Shown piece after piece: positions 47,640 through 60,979 of a DNA stretch of 64,000 nt. The position numbers and the translations under genes are program-made. The notes beneath the pieces were generated by a model. It saw nothing but the letters and a program-made list of their open reading frames with translations. It was not told where the DNA came from and searched no databases. The stretch is taken from NCBI GenBank assembly GCA_977018835.1, contig OZ361259.1, forward strand, positions 1,054,001 to 1,118,000, written 5' to 3'. Source of the DNA: Minutocellus sp. GHC0000111 (taxonomy: Eukaryota). The stretch's first letter is position 1, and each line of letters opens with the position of its first letter.

Positions 47640-50400
47640 TGTGTAACCCAGCATCTCGGGTTTTCTATTTGCTTTGCATTGCATGATGAAAAGATGGTCA
47701 TGCAGCTTTTGCATTGACAAGATGAATCCTTAACTCACCTGTCATCTTCGAGCTGTGTTCCTCTGAGTCTCGCGTTCAATCCACGTAGGATGTCATGAGG
47801 GTAGGACTCAAGTGGCGGTTGTGCTGGAAAGAGCATCATGGACATCGTGGAAAAGCAATGACTACACGTATGTACTGGTACACAATCCCATTTCTGTATG
47901 GGGGAAATCTGATGGTGCCAGGCAACGACACAAAATGATGGGCAAAAGACACTACCGGTAGCAGTAATAGCTACCTAACTCCTACAATCTAGTAGTGGAT
48001 ACCGCTCTTAGCTCCTGAGGAATGCTATCATGGGAAACAGATAGATCCAGTACATCTAGAAGAAAAATGAGGGCGGGTCTGCCAACGGATTGATCCCAGT
48101 GAGCTGACGAAAATCCAATGCTCTGAAAGACAAAGGGGCGGACTGTCCGTGACGACCCTCAAAAGACATAGTTGCTGTTTTTGGTTGGATGGTTGGTGGT
48201 TGCAATTTCCCAATTCTAAGCAGAGCTTGAATATGGAAGTTTTGGTAATTCCTTTCTTCTGTTATTTAGTGCATGCTTAGGCTTGTGTCCTCCGCACATG
48301 TTGGAGAAGTAAGTGCAAGGATTCATTGGATTAGTCAACTGCTGCTCTGAAATGTCTTGTCACTGGGCAATGTGAGGTCTTTGGACGTCAAGTCTTTGAC
48401 AAAGGGAAGACCAACATGCTGAAGATGAGCATTCAATCAGTGTCTTCTTACATGTAGGATGGTGCTGCTGTCTTTCGAAACGGCGGCCCGAAATGTGCGA
48501 AAGCAAGGGTTACGCCGGGCACTGCCACTCCGGCGATGGCGCCCCACCGACGCCCGTGCGTGGCCACGAGGTCACTTCAAAAAACAGGGCGTTGGAGAAA
48601 GGCGGATGGGCGAAGTTGGGTAAGTAGCACCCTGGGTCCTACCGAGAGCTACACCAGAAAGTGCACCCTACGTGCTACGGCCCACAAACCTGCACCACAG
48701 TTGAAATGTACGTGCTTTTTTGTAGGCTTTTGTAATTTCACATTCCCAGAATAAATTGTTCCAGCATTGACTTTCAAACATTGAGGGGTTTTGGCAATTT
48801 GTCCATCAACAATGTCAAGCAGTTGATGAACGGATTTATAATAAATTTCCCCCTTTTTGTGTGTCTAGGAAAATCAAGTTTTTTTCAAAATTTTGATCAA
48901 ACCACTTTTATTTCAAGACGTCGCTTTCACTAACACACGATGAATTGAGTGCTATTAGTCCTGAATAAAACCAATCGCTGAGGAAATCAATTGATGGCTG
49001 AAGTTTTTGACTCTCTCGACAACAAACTCCCTCATGCTGTGTAGCAGGACTGCTACTTCTTGCTATGTGCACTACACAGCTAGCTCCGTAGCTAGCGAGC
49101 TACTACGTAGTGCATGGCAGGCATGTCTTGTGTCTTAAGGCGATTGTACGCAAGAAACACACATGATGTGGTGTTTACGCATGTGTACTAGCAGTGCATA
49201 TACCTAAACATGTTACATTAGTTGGATTGTCTAGCCGTAGCTCTCGCATTAGGCGCATCTTGCACTGCTGTGCCAACATTTTGTGCATCTTGCACTACGC
49301 AGTAGATCTACCTGCCTGTGTCTCTACTAACAGCACGTGGGAACACTGCACACAAGTACGCAGTGTATCTTGCACTGCACCAACACAGGACATGTCACTT
49401 TACGCACATGCATCTTGCAGATTCACAGCACTTTCACAGTGCACACTTGCACAAAGTTGCACAAAACCCACAACACATCAGTTGCAGAAGACCCACCACC
49501 ATAATGCTTCAGCAGTGCTTGAGACATGCATGTGGTCAACCACTTGGAGTTATCAACCACTTGGAGTTACGTGACATCTTGCACATGCAAGGGTTCTGAC
49601 TTGGTTGAAACGGCATCCTCAGAAAGAAGCGTGAAAACGCTTTTCTTGATTTCTTTGGAATAGCAGACGTTTTAAGGCACAGCAGATAATTAGGACTCTC
49701 TCTCTCTCTGCAAAAAATCATGATGAGTGGGACAGATAGAAGAATCGAACCTCCCTGTTCGGCATGTGCAACTCAGTTTCTGCGTGAAGTTTGTGTCACT
49801 AGCACGACTGGCTGACTTATCTCCTCAATCGACACTGTGAAGAATGCTTTCGATAAAATTCTACGAGATCAAACTTTTGTGGGGATTTTAATTTCGCACC
49901 AATCATGAACCAACACGAATTCATTCATTTTCATGTGGAATCTGAACACATCCTGTTTTTCCAGCTTTGGAGGAAGAAAAGGACAAAACGACACAATTGC
50001 TTTGTTGGGATTGGTGATGGCGCCACGTTTGGATGGAAAATTGTACATACACGCTGCTTGCACCTAAGCTCGAGCCAATAGCAAACCCTTGTGCCTAATT
50101 TGCATGCCGGTTAAAAAATTGCAGTGCTTGTGGACATGCATGTGTGGTGTTCATCACTTCAAGACACTTGACAGCTTTCACATGCAAAGGTTCTGACTTA
50201 GTAGACAGGACGTCCTCAGGAAGAAGCCATAGAAAGAAGTGATAAATACTATCAAAAAGGCCCTTGAACAAGAAAGGCGCTTAAAAGAACTTTCCGGTGT
50301 TGAAGCGTTTTGCTGAGCACCTAGGTGCGCACGCATTCTTCTACACGGCATTTCAATCTGGTCCAAGATCAAGAATAGCGCAAGAATAGAAAGAAAGCGC
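47640..50400. mobile_element. Unclassified repeat relics
   Basis: TpA-depleted tracts; ~110-bp diverged direct repeat at ~49512 and ~50121; 39-bp motif shared with 41215. Confidence 0.45.
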
Positions 50401-50672
50401 ACTAGCTACGTAGTTGGAAGAACGGAGTGACTGTTTTTGAAAGAAAAGCATTTTCTGATGGCATGGAGAAAATGCTCCGCCTGAGAGTCCCTTACCTAGG
50501 CATTCTTTATTGAACAGCCATCAGACCAAAGGGTTACTCGCCGCAGAAATGAGAAAAAAACGGGATCAGAATTTGCCAATTTGGTTGTGACACGAAATCG
50601 AAAGAAGCCAGCATTCTTCGATGTGCTTGAGTTGACATCAAAATATCCTTGGCTGCAATTCCCCTGCATGCT

Positions 50673-51391
50673 ATGAGACCAACGCCGCTTCTCCTCACAG
50701 CAGCCTGCCTGTCAGGTTCCTCTGCCTTTTCGGCACAGTCAGTGAGAAGTGCGCGAAAGACTCGCCCGAGCCGGCCCCTGAGGCTTTGCGCACACAAAGA
50801 CGATGAACTTGATGTCGGGCCGCATCAAGATATGCTCGCAGACAACCTCAACCGAGAAAGATACTTGAGGGCGGTGGAATGCTCCAAGACGGATGGACTT
50901 TGCGACGTGGAGGAGATGAATATGCTAACCAGTGGTGAGTGAATGATGGGAGACGTCACTGTTGCGCCTGGCTGGAAAAGCAAGACATGTGGATTCTTTC
51001 TCACGACCTATTCTTATGAAATTGCAATCCGACGCCATCAAATTTAATTTTCATGCAGAGTTTGAGCAAGTGTTTGACGACGGAATTGCCTGCAGCCAAG
51101 AATTTGAACAACACGCGAATAATTTCGTACCAGACATGTACTCGGATCTGAAGCAAAGGTGAGGATCAAAGCAAGTGTCTGGAGTTGAAAAGTCATTTTT
51201 CATGCGGACCCTTTTGTGCGGCGTTGATCTTACGACCACGTCTTTCTCTTCCATTCTGCAATCGGATCGATAGGATGAAAGAATTGAATATCAAGATGAA
51301 CAAAATCACCTCCGACTATAGACAGGCAAACAAAGACGATTGGGAGCAATATCTCGGCGGCATTTATGGAACCTCAGGGCTGAGCTCTTGA
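50673..51391 (+). CDS. Small plastid-targeted hypothetical protein, 3 exons (introns 50935-51058, 51159-51273)
   Basis: Signal peptide ending SSA-FS; GT-AG introns keep the frame. Confidence 0.8.
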
Positions 51392-51592
51392 CACGCGATA
51401 GAGGGCAATACTATGAAGCACACGTGCGCGTGGTGCAACTGGCGTGGTGGCCAGACAACTTGGCAGTCACTCCCACAACAAATGCGGCACCAAGCAAAGC
51501 TTAATGCTTGGTCCCCTAGTAGCTAGAACGAAGCAACGATACAGCTAATTCATATAATTTATGTATTTTATGTACCTTTTCTCTCGTACGTT

Positions 51593-52652
51593 TTACTTAT
51601 TCGGCATCTTATCGATATCGCTGTGCAAGAGCTCGGATTTGTCTTTACTCATGGCATAGAACATTCCGCTTTCAGAGCCCTTGCCGGCTTTGCCATCAAA
51701 TAACAATCGCATCGCCGCCTCGACTCCTTCGTGTGGGGTCTGGGCTCCGTTTGTCTCCTCCCGAGACATGCCCTCGTATCGTGGCATCTTGAGTATCAAG
51801 TCGGTGTAAACAAGCCCTGGATCGCAACAGTTGATTCGCAGCTTGGGATGAGACCGAGCCAGTGTCTTCATGTACACATCGGCAAACATTTTGGATAGGC
51901 CATACATGTGGAAATCAGGTGCCGATTCGGCAAAGGGACCACCAGGAAAACCCAATGCCTCAAATGCCTTGGGCCGATCTTCTTCCGACGAGGACGTATA
52001 CGTATTCAAGCATTCATCAATCATTGGCTGAATCGTCTCATCCCACGTACAGGATGGGTCCATCATGGCACTTTGCCTTTCCTCGCTGGAATATCCATGC
52101 ATCAGTGGTCCGAGCCCACTGGAAATGACGATGAGCCGTCCGTCATCTTTCTGCAACATTGGCAGAAAGGCATCGCACACCCTCCGAACACCGGTTGCAC
52201 ACACGTCCATCAGTTCCGATAATGGATATCCCCACAATATGCCGGCGTTGCTCACCACACCATACAACGTTTGGCTGTTGTTTGGTGACGATTGGAGGAT
52301 ATCTTGAACGCACTTGGTCGCCGTTGCAACGGATGCGTCGGATGTCACGTCCAGTGGAATGACCTCGACCCGATCCACATTGTCGTCGATGCACGTCGCT
52401 ATACCCCTTTGCGCTAATTCTCAGTTTATCGGCGGCAAAATTTCCCCGTTCCTCATCTCGGCTGCACAGCAAGACGCGCGCGTCGTCGTGCTCGGATAGT
52501 ATCCGATCACAAAGGGCATAGCCCTGGCCTTTGTTGGCACCGGTGACGAGTATCGTCTTGATTGGTTGGATTGGCGGCGAGTTGGCCGCAAAGGCCGAGG
52601 CGGTGGATGCTACCAGAAGGAGCAGGGAAGGGAAGCAGAGAAGGTTCATCAT
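51593..52652 (-). CDS. Short-chain dehydrogenase/carbonyl reductase-like protein, plastid-targeted; one frameshift near 52420
   Basis: ASAFAA presequence, VTGANKGQG, LDVTS, SNAGI, YGLSK, DPGLVYTDL. Confidence 0.9.
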
Positions 52653-52910
52653 TGTTTGTTATGCCGGCCCGAGATGCGCTGCCGAGATGCCGAGAGATAC
52701 CGAGAGAGGCGCGAGCATGAGCAATCATCTTTGGAGTGTCCCCCCGAAAATTTTATTAGCGGTTGTCCAGCGTTGTGCTGGTGTAGAGGGGCGCCAATCA
52801 TCTTCTCAACCATCACCAGCTCAACCGGCCAACAGCTTATCCAACACATCTCGTGCCTGCTTCATCTGCTTCATAACGTTGCACAGTCCGGCATAAGCCA
52901 GCCAAGCACC

Positions 52911-54692
52911 ATGATCGCTCATCGGCGAAGGCAACGCAGTAGTCTGACTGCTAGACCATTCATGCCAGTCTTTCTTTCCATTGCTCTAATAACCGCATGC
53001 TCATCATCCGTAACAGTGGCCAATGCCCTCTCCCTCTCCGCCGCTGCGCCCAAGCCCAAGGCCATCGTCGTCGGTGCCGGACCGGTGGGAGTCGCCACGG
53101 CCCTCACCCTGTCCTCGGCCCCGCACAACTACGACGTGACGCTGTTGGAATCGGCACCCGAAATCTCCTCCCAGTACGACCCCTCCAAGGCATTCCTGTA
53201 CAATGTCAATTTACGAGGGCAGGCATTGACGTCGAAGTTTCCAGGCATGCAGGCCAAGCTAGCGGAGAGGGGCGTGCCCAGTGCCGGATTTGGTGGGGTG
53301 GCTCTGACGATTGTTCCGGCAGATCCCAACAAGCCGCTGCCGAAAAAGAAGGACAAGGTGGCAGGTGGTGTGGATAACAAAGAGGAAGTGCCATCATCGG
53401 ATGATGACAATGAGGAGGAGGAGAGCGAAAAGCCCTCGCCTAAGCCGAGCTACTGGATCCCCCGTCATGCCATGGTCCAGCTCATGCTGGAATGCGTCCA
53501 GGAGCACAATGCCGAATGCATGAGCAATGCGAAATTGGGACGGATCGATTACTGCCCCGGTACAGAATGTCAATCGATCCGTCCCTTGTCGGACGATTCC
53601 TGCGTCGTCGTTACCACCGTGGACAAGTCGACGGGACAAACCATCAAACGTCATGCCACGCTGCTGGTCGGTGCCGATGGTATGAACAGCCGAGTGCGCG
53701 AGTGTTTGGCGTCCGATGACGCCACCGAATTCACCAGCTGGTCCAATTACAATCCCGACAAGTTTCAGCTGCGAAAATGGACGTCCCCGTCGTCGCATCA
53801 GCGGATCAAGGTGCTGCAATTGCCGCCTCGCTTTCAGATACCCAATGGGGAGGGCGGGGCACTCACAACCAAGAGCGATAGCATCTATGCCATCCGATCG
53901 ATCTACACCGGACCGCGCAACTATCTGAGTTTGGGACTCCTCCCAATGAAGGATAACAATGCCGTCCGATCAACCAACATCGTTACGAGGCCGGATCATG
54001 AGATATGGAAGATCAAGGATGGGGAGGGGGCGAGGCAGTGGTTCGAGAAGGCATATCCACGAATGCCCTTTGGGAAGGATGGTGGGATGATACCCGATGA
54101 GGAGTGGGATCGCTTCGCCAAGGCCGAGGGGACGAGGTTCCCGCACTGCCAATACTCGCCAGGAATGGGCATCAGCAATGACAAAGGCACGTGCGGCATT
54201 GCTCTCGTTGGTGATGCCATCCATGCATTCCCTCCGGATATTGGGCAGGGAGTCAACGCTGGCCTTGCGGACGTTGTGGCGCTGGACATGGCTTTGCAGG
54301 GCAAGGATACTGGAACGGGCTAGGATGCAGCTGACGAAGACGAAAGTTTGACCTTGAAATCCAACATTGACCGCTATCAAAATCAGCACGAAGCCGAAAT
54401 AGCGTCGCTGATACGCCTGGCACGATTTGGTGCTCCGTACCAGTACAAACAACCCCATCGGATCGACGTGATCCGTCGGAAGATCTGGACGGCAAATGTC
54501 ATCCTACGATTATTATTAAATAAGCTCACCTTGGGGTTGGTGCCGGCGCAGTGCATCATGCTTAGTCAGGACCCAAAGCTAACGTTCCGTCAGGTAATGA
54601 GACGAGCAGATCTCACTGCCTTGTCGTTCAAAGCGATTGCATTAGCAGTAATGGGAACTTTGCTGAGGAAAAGGTTTGGTTTGCCCGCATAA
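52911..54692 (+). CDS. FAD-dependent monooxygenase (kynurenine-3-monooxygenase-like); in-frame TAG at 54321
   Basis: IVVGAGPVG, LLVGADG, LVGDAIHAFPPDIGQGVNAG; the same frame resumes after the TAG to 54692. Confidence 0.9.
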
Positions 54693-54756
54693 GCATTTCA
54701 TTATAGAGATTTAAACATACACTTAATATGAAATAGAGCTACAGTGCCACTTTAGT

Positions 54757-56444
54757 TCAAGGCCACGATGGCGTTGAGTAACTGGGCTCCTTGTCCTCGA
54801 TTTTGGCCTCATACTCGATCCGGACGCCTCCCTCTTCGCCCGCACATTCCTCATCGCCCTCCTCCTCTGACGCACCAAACGGAAGAAATCCACATAACTC
54901 TTCCTCCTTGGACTGCCTTGACGCTTCGTCTTCTTCGGCCGACTTTGCCGAATGTGTGCTAGAGATTGAGTTTCGAACGAATTTACCAACGATACCAAGT
55001 GGGTTAGGTTTTACTTGTGAGGCTGCCTTCTCTGTCTTCTCCAGCATCTCTTGCTGATATTCAAGAGCTTCGTTCATCAGTAGGCCGACAATCTCATCGA
55101 GGGGCAGCATGGATATTTCGGAAAATTTCAGCAGGAAGCAGCTGAATTCCCTGATATCAAGTTCTTGATTGCCATCGTCGACCTCGGCGAAAATATCCAT
55201 AATCTCTCCCTGAGTCACTGTGAGACTCTCCACAAGAATTAGTCGATGCATGACGTGCATCAATTCGCTCTTGTCCAGAGCGCCACTGCCATCTGCGTCA
55301 AATGTGGAGAAAAGCTCAGGTAGATGCTTGAACGCAACGTTGCACTCTTCGGTGTCTGCGCCAGCTTGGTGCCGCTGCACTTGGACGTTGTTTTCGTGCG
55401 CCTCGGCCACTTTCTCCGCGAGGTTGAGGAGGAACCCCGTTAGCTCATCCAGAGGTACGCCCGTTACCAGCGAAAACCGTGACATGAATACGGCGAATTC
55501 GTTTCTGTCAAGTGAATCATCGTCTTCTGGACAAATGTCATCCAGTAGTTCCAGGCACTCGGCCAATGAAACTTTCACATCCACAACCTTGCGACGGAAT
55601 GCCTTGACGCAGGCAGCGATCTCGTTGCGGTCAAGGCATCCTGAGTTGTCAAGATCCAATAAATCAAAAAGGTTGTGCATTTGGTCCAATCCCCGGATCT
55701 GGGATGACATGTTGAAATGTGAGCTCTTTGTTCCGGGAATGCTCACAGATTCCTCGTGAAGAACGAACGATTCTCCACCACTCAATTCCTGCGAAGATCG
55801 ATCGGTTATACTTTGAGTGCAGGCGGATGCCATTTCTTCAAGTGCAGTGCCAGCTGCCTTGCACAGACGCAGAAAGAAATATCCAAATTCTTTTCGATCG
55901 AGCTGTGTTTAAACGAAATGCAGGATGTAAGATCCAGAAAAATGTTTAGTGACTTTGTTGTAGTCTCACATGAAACATGGCAAAAAAGTGACAGACTTAC
56001 CTGGGGAGAACAACTCGTCGCGACACGGACAGCATCAACGACACGACCCAGATCCTTGAACGAAAGTTTACAAATGTTCTTGTCGATGTGTCGCTTCACA
56101 CCATTCTCCAGCTCGGTGGCCTCGATGGTCCCATTGCCATCGACGTCCCACAGGTCGAACAAACCACAGGTCGAATCCCAGTCGTTTTGGGTCGAAATGG
56201 ACAAGACGCTGGATCGGCGCCTCTCGATGCCTCTGCCCTTTGGACGGCTCAGCACGCCCGGCACGACTTCCTCCGTTTCGATGTTGGTCGATGACGAAGA
56301 CGAATCATCGTTGGGGTTGCTGTGACTTCGTCGAAAGCTGCTTCGAACTGAGGCCGAACCTGGCCTGCTCCTCTCTTGACTTGAGGAGTTGGCGATCTCC
56401 ATCGCCGTCAAGTTGCTCATCCTCTGCTCTAATGGTGTTGGCAT
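54757..56444 (-). CDS. Multi-EF-hand calcium-binding protein (intron 55903-56000)
   Basis: DVDGNGTIEATE, DLDNSGCLDRNE, DADGSGALDKSE; a GTAAGT...CAG intron joins the two ORFs in frame. Confidence 0.88.
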
Positions 56445-56832
56445 GTCAGTCGATGCAATGTGACCTGTTCGGCATAAATTCTTGCACCTCTGGGCTCCTC
56501 TGATCTATCTCGGCCTGCGACTTCGCGTTTTGCAGTTTTGCAGTTGGCAGGACACAACAGGGGAAAACATTTTTGGGCGTGCACAAATAATGATGGTGCG
56601 ACAACCACCCTTGGGTGCGAACCCTTCGCTTCTGTGTCGATTGAGTCGACAACGTGGCCGGCTGGCATGGCTGGAGCATCGCTCCCGCCAATGGTCTTGG
56701 ATCACCCCTTCTCATCATGTGTTGGTGGATCTTGACATGGTAATGAATGCCTAATGGTTACGGTGGCGAGTTACTACGCACTTGCGCTCTTTCTTAACCA
56801 ACGCGACCAGAAAATTAATTCAGCTACCGAGC

Positions 56833-58866
56833 ATGTTCTCATCCGCTACTTCGAAGGCTACTTTGGCCCTTCTGGCACTTCTGATCTTCTTCCTGACACT
56901 TATTGCATCCATGTGGCATGTGGCGCCTCTGGTTCACAATCTTCCGCCATCCTTTGATCTGTATTCTACTGAATATGACGCTGCTGATATCCGAGCGCCG
57001 ACTGCTGTCGGTTGGAGACTCCGTCTAATAACCAGAATCATCGTCTCCAGTCCCCTCGGCGACTTCTTTGCTCGGGCACTGTTGGTAAAGAATGGCGTGC
57101 CACAGCTCGTGGACTTTGCAGAGGAAATATCAAAGGATCTAGAAAACGACCACCCCAACGGAAAGGAATACATCATTGGCGAGCCACCCCTAATCCGACT
57201 GTCACCTGCCGACTATGCATGGCACGACGACGCAGCAAGGGCAGAGCCAAAAGAGGCAGCAAAGCGGTTGGAGGCCCACAGTATCCAAAACAACGAGACG
57301 TGTGACTCCAATACCAAAAAGAAGTACAATTCCATTTACGACTATCATCGAGCATATGCAGGAAACATCACAACTCCGTCGAAAGTGATTGCCAAACTGT
57401 TGGCTTTTATCAACAAGACGGATTCAATATTGAGATGTGTTGAGAGCACGGACGTTGATGGTGCGACATTGGCCGCAGAGGCATCCTTAAAGAGATGGAG
57501 AGATGGAGAACAACGGGGCATTTGGGACGGAGTACCTGTTATGGTGAAGCCTGAAGTAATGGTTCAAGCTTTGCCGTATACATCGGGGAAACAATTCCGG
57601 GACGACAACTCGGACGTTGCGGCATATGATGATATAATTTTCAAACGGTTAAAGGACGCAGGTGCAATTGTTGTCGCTTACACGACGATGCACGAGCTTG
57701 GAGTTCAACCCACGGGCTACAGCCCATGGCATGGAGGTCCTAACAACCCACATGCTCGAAATCACTTTTCTGGTGGGTCTTCGAGTGGCTCGGCGGTGGC
57801 AGTGGCGACTGGCATGGTCCCCATAGCCCTGGGTCAGGATGGCGGTGGCAGTATTCGGATACCAGCAGCTTGGTCTGGCACAGTCGGTCTAGCCGCTGGG
57901 TATGGTCGCATACCGTTTCGCAAGGGCAAGGAAAATATATTCACAGTCGCCAAGGCAGGTGTTCTGACTGCTACTGTCGATGACTCGCTGGAAGCTCTGC
58001 TTCTTATTGGACAGGATGTATCGGAGGAAGAAGGTGCTGACAACCATCCCATCCATGTCTCATACGGAGGCAACGGTATACCGCCTCCCCATTCTCGACC
58101 TCGATGGTCGAATGCACTTATGGATCGTCCGATTCGGATTGGAATATACTGGGACTGGGTAAGACACCGCCCTTCCGTGGCGTATGCTGGGACTACAGGC
58201 AGAGACGACGCGGTTTATAAATCGTTCGTTGAAATGATCGACACACTAAAGGAAAACGGTGCTGGCAACGGTAGGAAGTTTGAGGTAGTTAAGATCACTC
58301 TTCACCACCTGAGCACACAGGCCTTGGTCCACGGTATACTCATTACAAGCATGTTTAGTTTCGCTCAAGTCAATGAGCTCTATCGAGGCAAGAACAGAAG
58401 GCAAAGTGCTCGATTGGACGACGACTTGCAACCTGCGACGGAAGTTCAGATCAAACTTGGTAGTCAGATCACAGCCCTGGAGATTATGGCCAGTTATCGG
58501 ATTAGAAATTGGGCGTTGGCTCAATGGAGGGCTGTTCTACAAGACGTGGACGTGATACTGGCGCCTACAACGCCGATGACGGCACTGGTTCGACCACCCA
58601 GTAGCGATGTGATCGGATTGTCTGATACCGGCCTTTTTGTCCAAATGATGAGATTTATATGGCCAGGGAATCTTGTTGGATTGCCTGGTCTCGCAGTTCC
58701 CATCGGCACAGATTCCGATGGCCTCCCTCTTTCAATACAGGTGCTTTGTAATCACTGGCATGAAGCAGAGTGCATATCGGTAGGTGGCGTTATCGAGAGC
58801 TTGAGTGCTGTATCCAAGCCGATGCCTCCCGATGAATTATTTGTTGACTTGCTCGGAAATAATTGA
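56833..58866 (+). CDS. Amidase-signature enzyme (fatty acid amide hydrolase-like)
   Basis: GVPVMVK, GGSSSGSAVAVA, GQDGGGSIRIPA; N-terminal TM. Confidence 0.93.
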   Translation: MFSSATSKATLALLALLIFFLTLIASMWHVAPLVHNLPPSFDLYSTEYDAADIRAPTAVGWRLRLITRIIVSSPLGDFFARALLVKNGVPQLVDFAEEISKDLENDHPNGKEYIIGEPPLIRLSPADYAWHDDAARAEPKEAAKRLEAHSIQNNETCDSNTKKKYNSIYDYHRAYAGNITTPSKVIAKLLAFINKTDSILRCVESTDVDGATLAAEASLKRWRDGEQRGIWDGVPVMVKPEVMVQALPYTSGKQFRDDNSDVAAYDDIIFKRLKDAGAIVVAYTTMHELGVQPTGYSPWHGGPNNPHARNHFSGGSSSGSAVAVATGMVPIALGQDGGGSIRIPAAWSGTVGLAAGYGRIPFRKGKENIFTVAKAGVLTATVDDSLEALLLIGQDVSEEEGADNHPIHVSYGGNGIPPPHSRPRWSNALMDRPIRIGIYWDWVRHRPSVAYAGTTGRDDAVYKSFVEMIDTLKENGAGNGRKFEVVKITLHHLSTQALVHGILITSMFSFAQVNELYRGKNRRQSARLDDDLQPATEVQIKLGSQITALEIMASYRIRNWALAQWRAVLQDVDVILAPTTPMTALVRPPSSDVIGLSDTGLFVQMMRFIWPGNLVGLPGLAVPIGTDSDGLPLSIQVLCNHWHEAECISVGGVIESLSAVSKPMPPDELFVDLLGNN

Positions 58867-59214
58867 GCCCAATGCATATCGATAAGTAGATATGTCTATA
58901 AATGTTATCATTTCAACAAAATGCCATACATGTAAGATAATTGATAAGTTGTACGGCTGAAAAAAAAAACATCAGGGCGATTCATGCCTCAAAACTTTTT
59001 TGTCACTACGATCTCATCCACCCAACGAATGACTTCTTGAATGGAGGCCACAATGTTCTCACAAAGTCACTACATTGCCACTATAGTCTTTGTGGCTCGG
59101 GCTGGTCGATCTTTGCGCCAATCATCGCCAGTCATCAGAATGCCTCAGCGTCAATTCCAACCTACAAAACTTTTCCGATCATGTTTTATCCAACGTACAT
59201 ACACCTCACTCCTT

Positions 59215-60482
59215 TTACTCATACTTGAAGGATTCCTCCTCACCGGCAATGTATCGGTTGGCAACAATGTTGCACAGCTCGGCCATGCGCTTGGAATATC
59301 CAGCCTCATTGTCATACCAGGCATAGATCTTCACCAGCGTACCGTCAATGACCTGCGTACTGAGCGCATCGATGATGGAACTGCGGGTGTCGTTGGTGTA
59401 GTCCGTCGACACGAGGGGCTTCTCCTCGTAGCCCAGAATGCCCTTGAGCGGACCGGACTCACTGGCCGCCTTGAGGGCGGCATTGACCTCCTCCTTGGTG
59501 GTGGGCTTCTCGACCTCAAAGACGCAGTCGGTCAGACTGGCGTTGAGGAGGGGGACACGGATGGCCAAGCCGTTGAGCTTGCCCTTGAGCTCGGGATAGA
59601 TCTCGACGATGGCAGTGGCAGAGCCGGTGGAGGTCGGGCAGAGGTTGATCATGCCGGAACGAGCACGACGGAGGTCGGACTTTTTGGTGTTGGGCATGTC
59701 GACCAGCTGTGTGAAGAAGCGGAGGAACATGAATTGATGCGGTGCAATTGCATGATATGCAGAAAAAGAACACACATGATGTGCCGGAAATGAAGTGAGA
59801 TTGTGACGATGAAAGATACGACCAAAATCATATCGGATGCGCCTTGTATATGCCACAAGAAAGCAGTGCGCTAAAGTAAACATCGCGCATATATACAAAT
59901 AAGTTCAGCTAAACTCACCGTCTGCGTACCGGTAACGTCATGGACGGTGGTAATGCACCCGTGCTTGATGCCAAAGTTCTCCTTGACGACCTTGACGACG
60001 GGAGCGAGGCAGTTGGTGGTGCAACTGGCATTGGTCACGAGCTTCTGCTCCTCCTTGAGCAGACCGTGGTTGCACCCCAGCACGACGTTGAGGGCCTCGG
60101 GTTCCTTGACGGGGGCCGAAACGACGACTCGCTTCACGCCGCATTCGGTGAAGTACGGCTCGAGGGTCTTGACCTTGAGGAACTTGCCGGTGCATTCCAT
60201 CACCATGTCGACGCCCATGGCGGCCCAGTCGACCTTGGTGAAGTCCTTCTCCTGGGAGAAGGTGACGGTCTTGTCATCGACGGTGAAGGAGTTGTCGTCG
60301 ACCTGGTCGACCTTGTGATTCCACGTGCCATGAACAGAGTCGTACTGGACGAAATACGAGGCCGACTCGCAGGAGCAGAGGTCGTTGACGTGGACGATTT
60401 CCAGGGAGGGGTCGTCCCATGCGTAACGGAACACGAGACGGCCGATGCGGCCGAAGCCATTGACTGCACACTTGATGGGCAT
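59215..60482 (-). CDS. gapdh: ArsJ-associated glyceraldehyde-3-phosphate dehydrogenase (intron 59707-59918)
   Basis: NGFGRIGR and [16 protein letters not shown]...[21 protein letters not shown]...[15 protein letters not shown] is the signature of the ArsJ-linked GAPDH type. Confidence 0.95.
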
Positions 60483-60979
60483 GGTTGGAGCAGGAGAGGG
60501 AGGCCGAGGGGTGGTAAAGTGAAAGTAGAAAGTGACGAATGAGGAATGATCGATTTAGCGGCTGCGGCGAATCTCGGCACTCGGGACGAATCTCCAAATT
60601 TACAGATTATACATTTGTAACAAGACCTTGTAGTTTTATTAAAATACCGATCTTTCAACCAAAAATAGGGTATGTTACCTGATATTGATTGTAATTCATC
60701 CCGTCCACGAGTTCGGCTGAAGCCGGCACCAGGCGCATCTGGATGGCAGCCGCAGCTCAGCAGCAGTCAGTTGGACACAAGTCACATTGAGTTGACTATT
60801 GTTCGAGACGCACGCTGATTTGCAATCACCTCTCAGCAACTTCAATCAGTGCGTGTCTTTTCTCTGGCACATCAGTCGCCTATCAAGGCAGCACATATTC
60901 TCTACTGATTTTTGATCACGAACGATCATACAAAGGCAGTCCGGCAAAAAAGGAGGAGTCAAGCGAGTAAGCAACAAGC
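60483..60979. promoter_or_regulatory. Putative bidirectional promoter
   Basis: 497-bp gap between the divergent GAPDH and arsJ start codons. No specific site identified. Confidence 0.55.

Noticed and set aside
54321..54323. Programmed readthrough or recoding of the monooxygenase TAG
   Set aside because: No supporting context or structure seen; a nonsense mutation or base error is simpler.
59041..60542. Plus-strand ORFs 59041..59793 and 59940..60542
   Set aside because: Antisense shadows of the codon-biased GAPDH.
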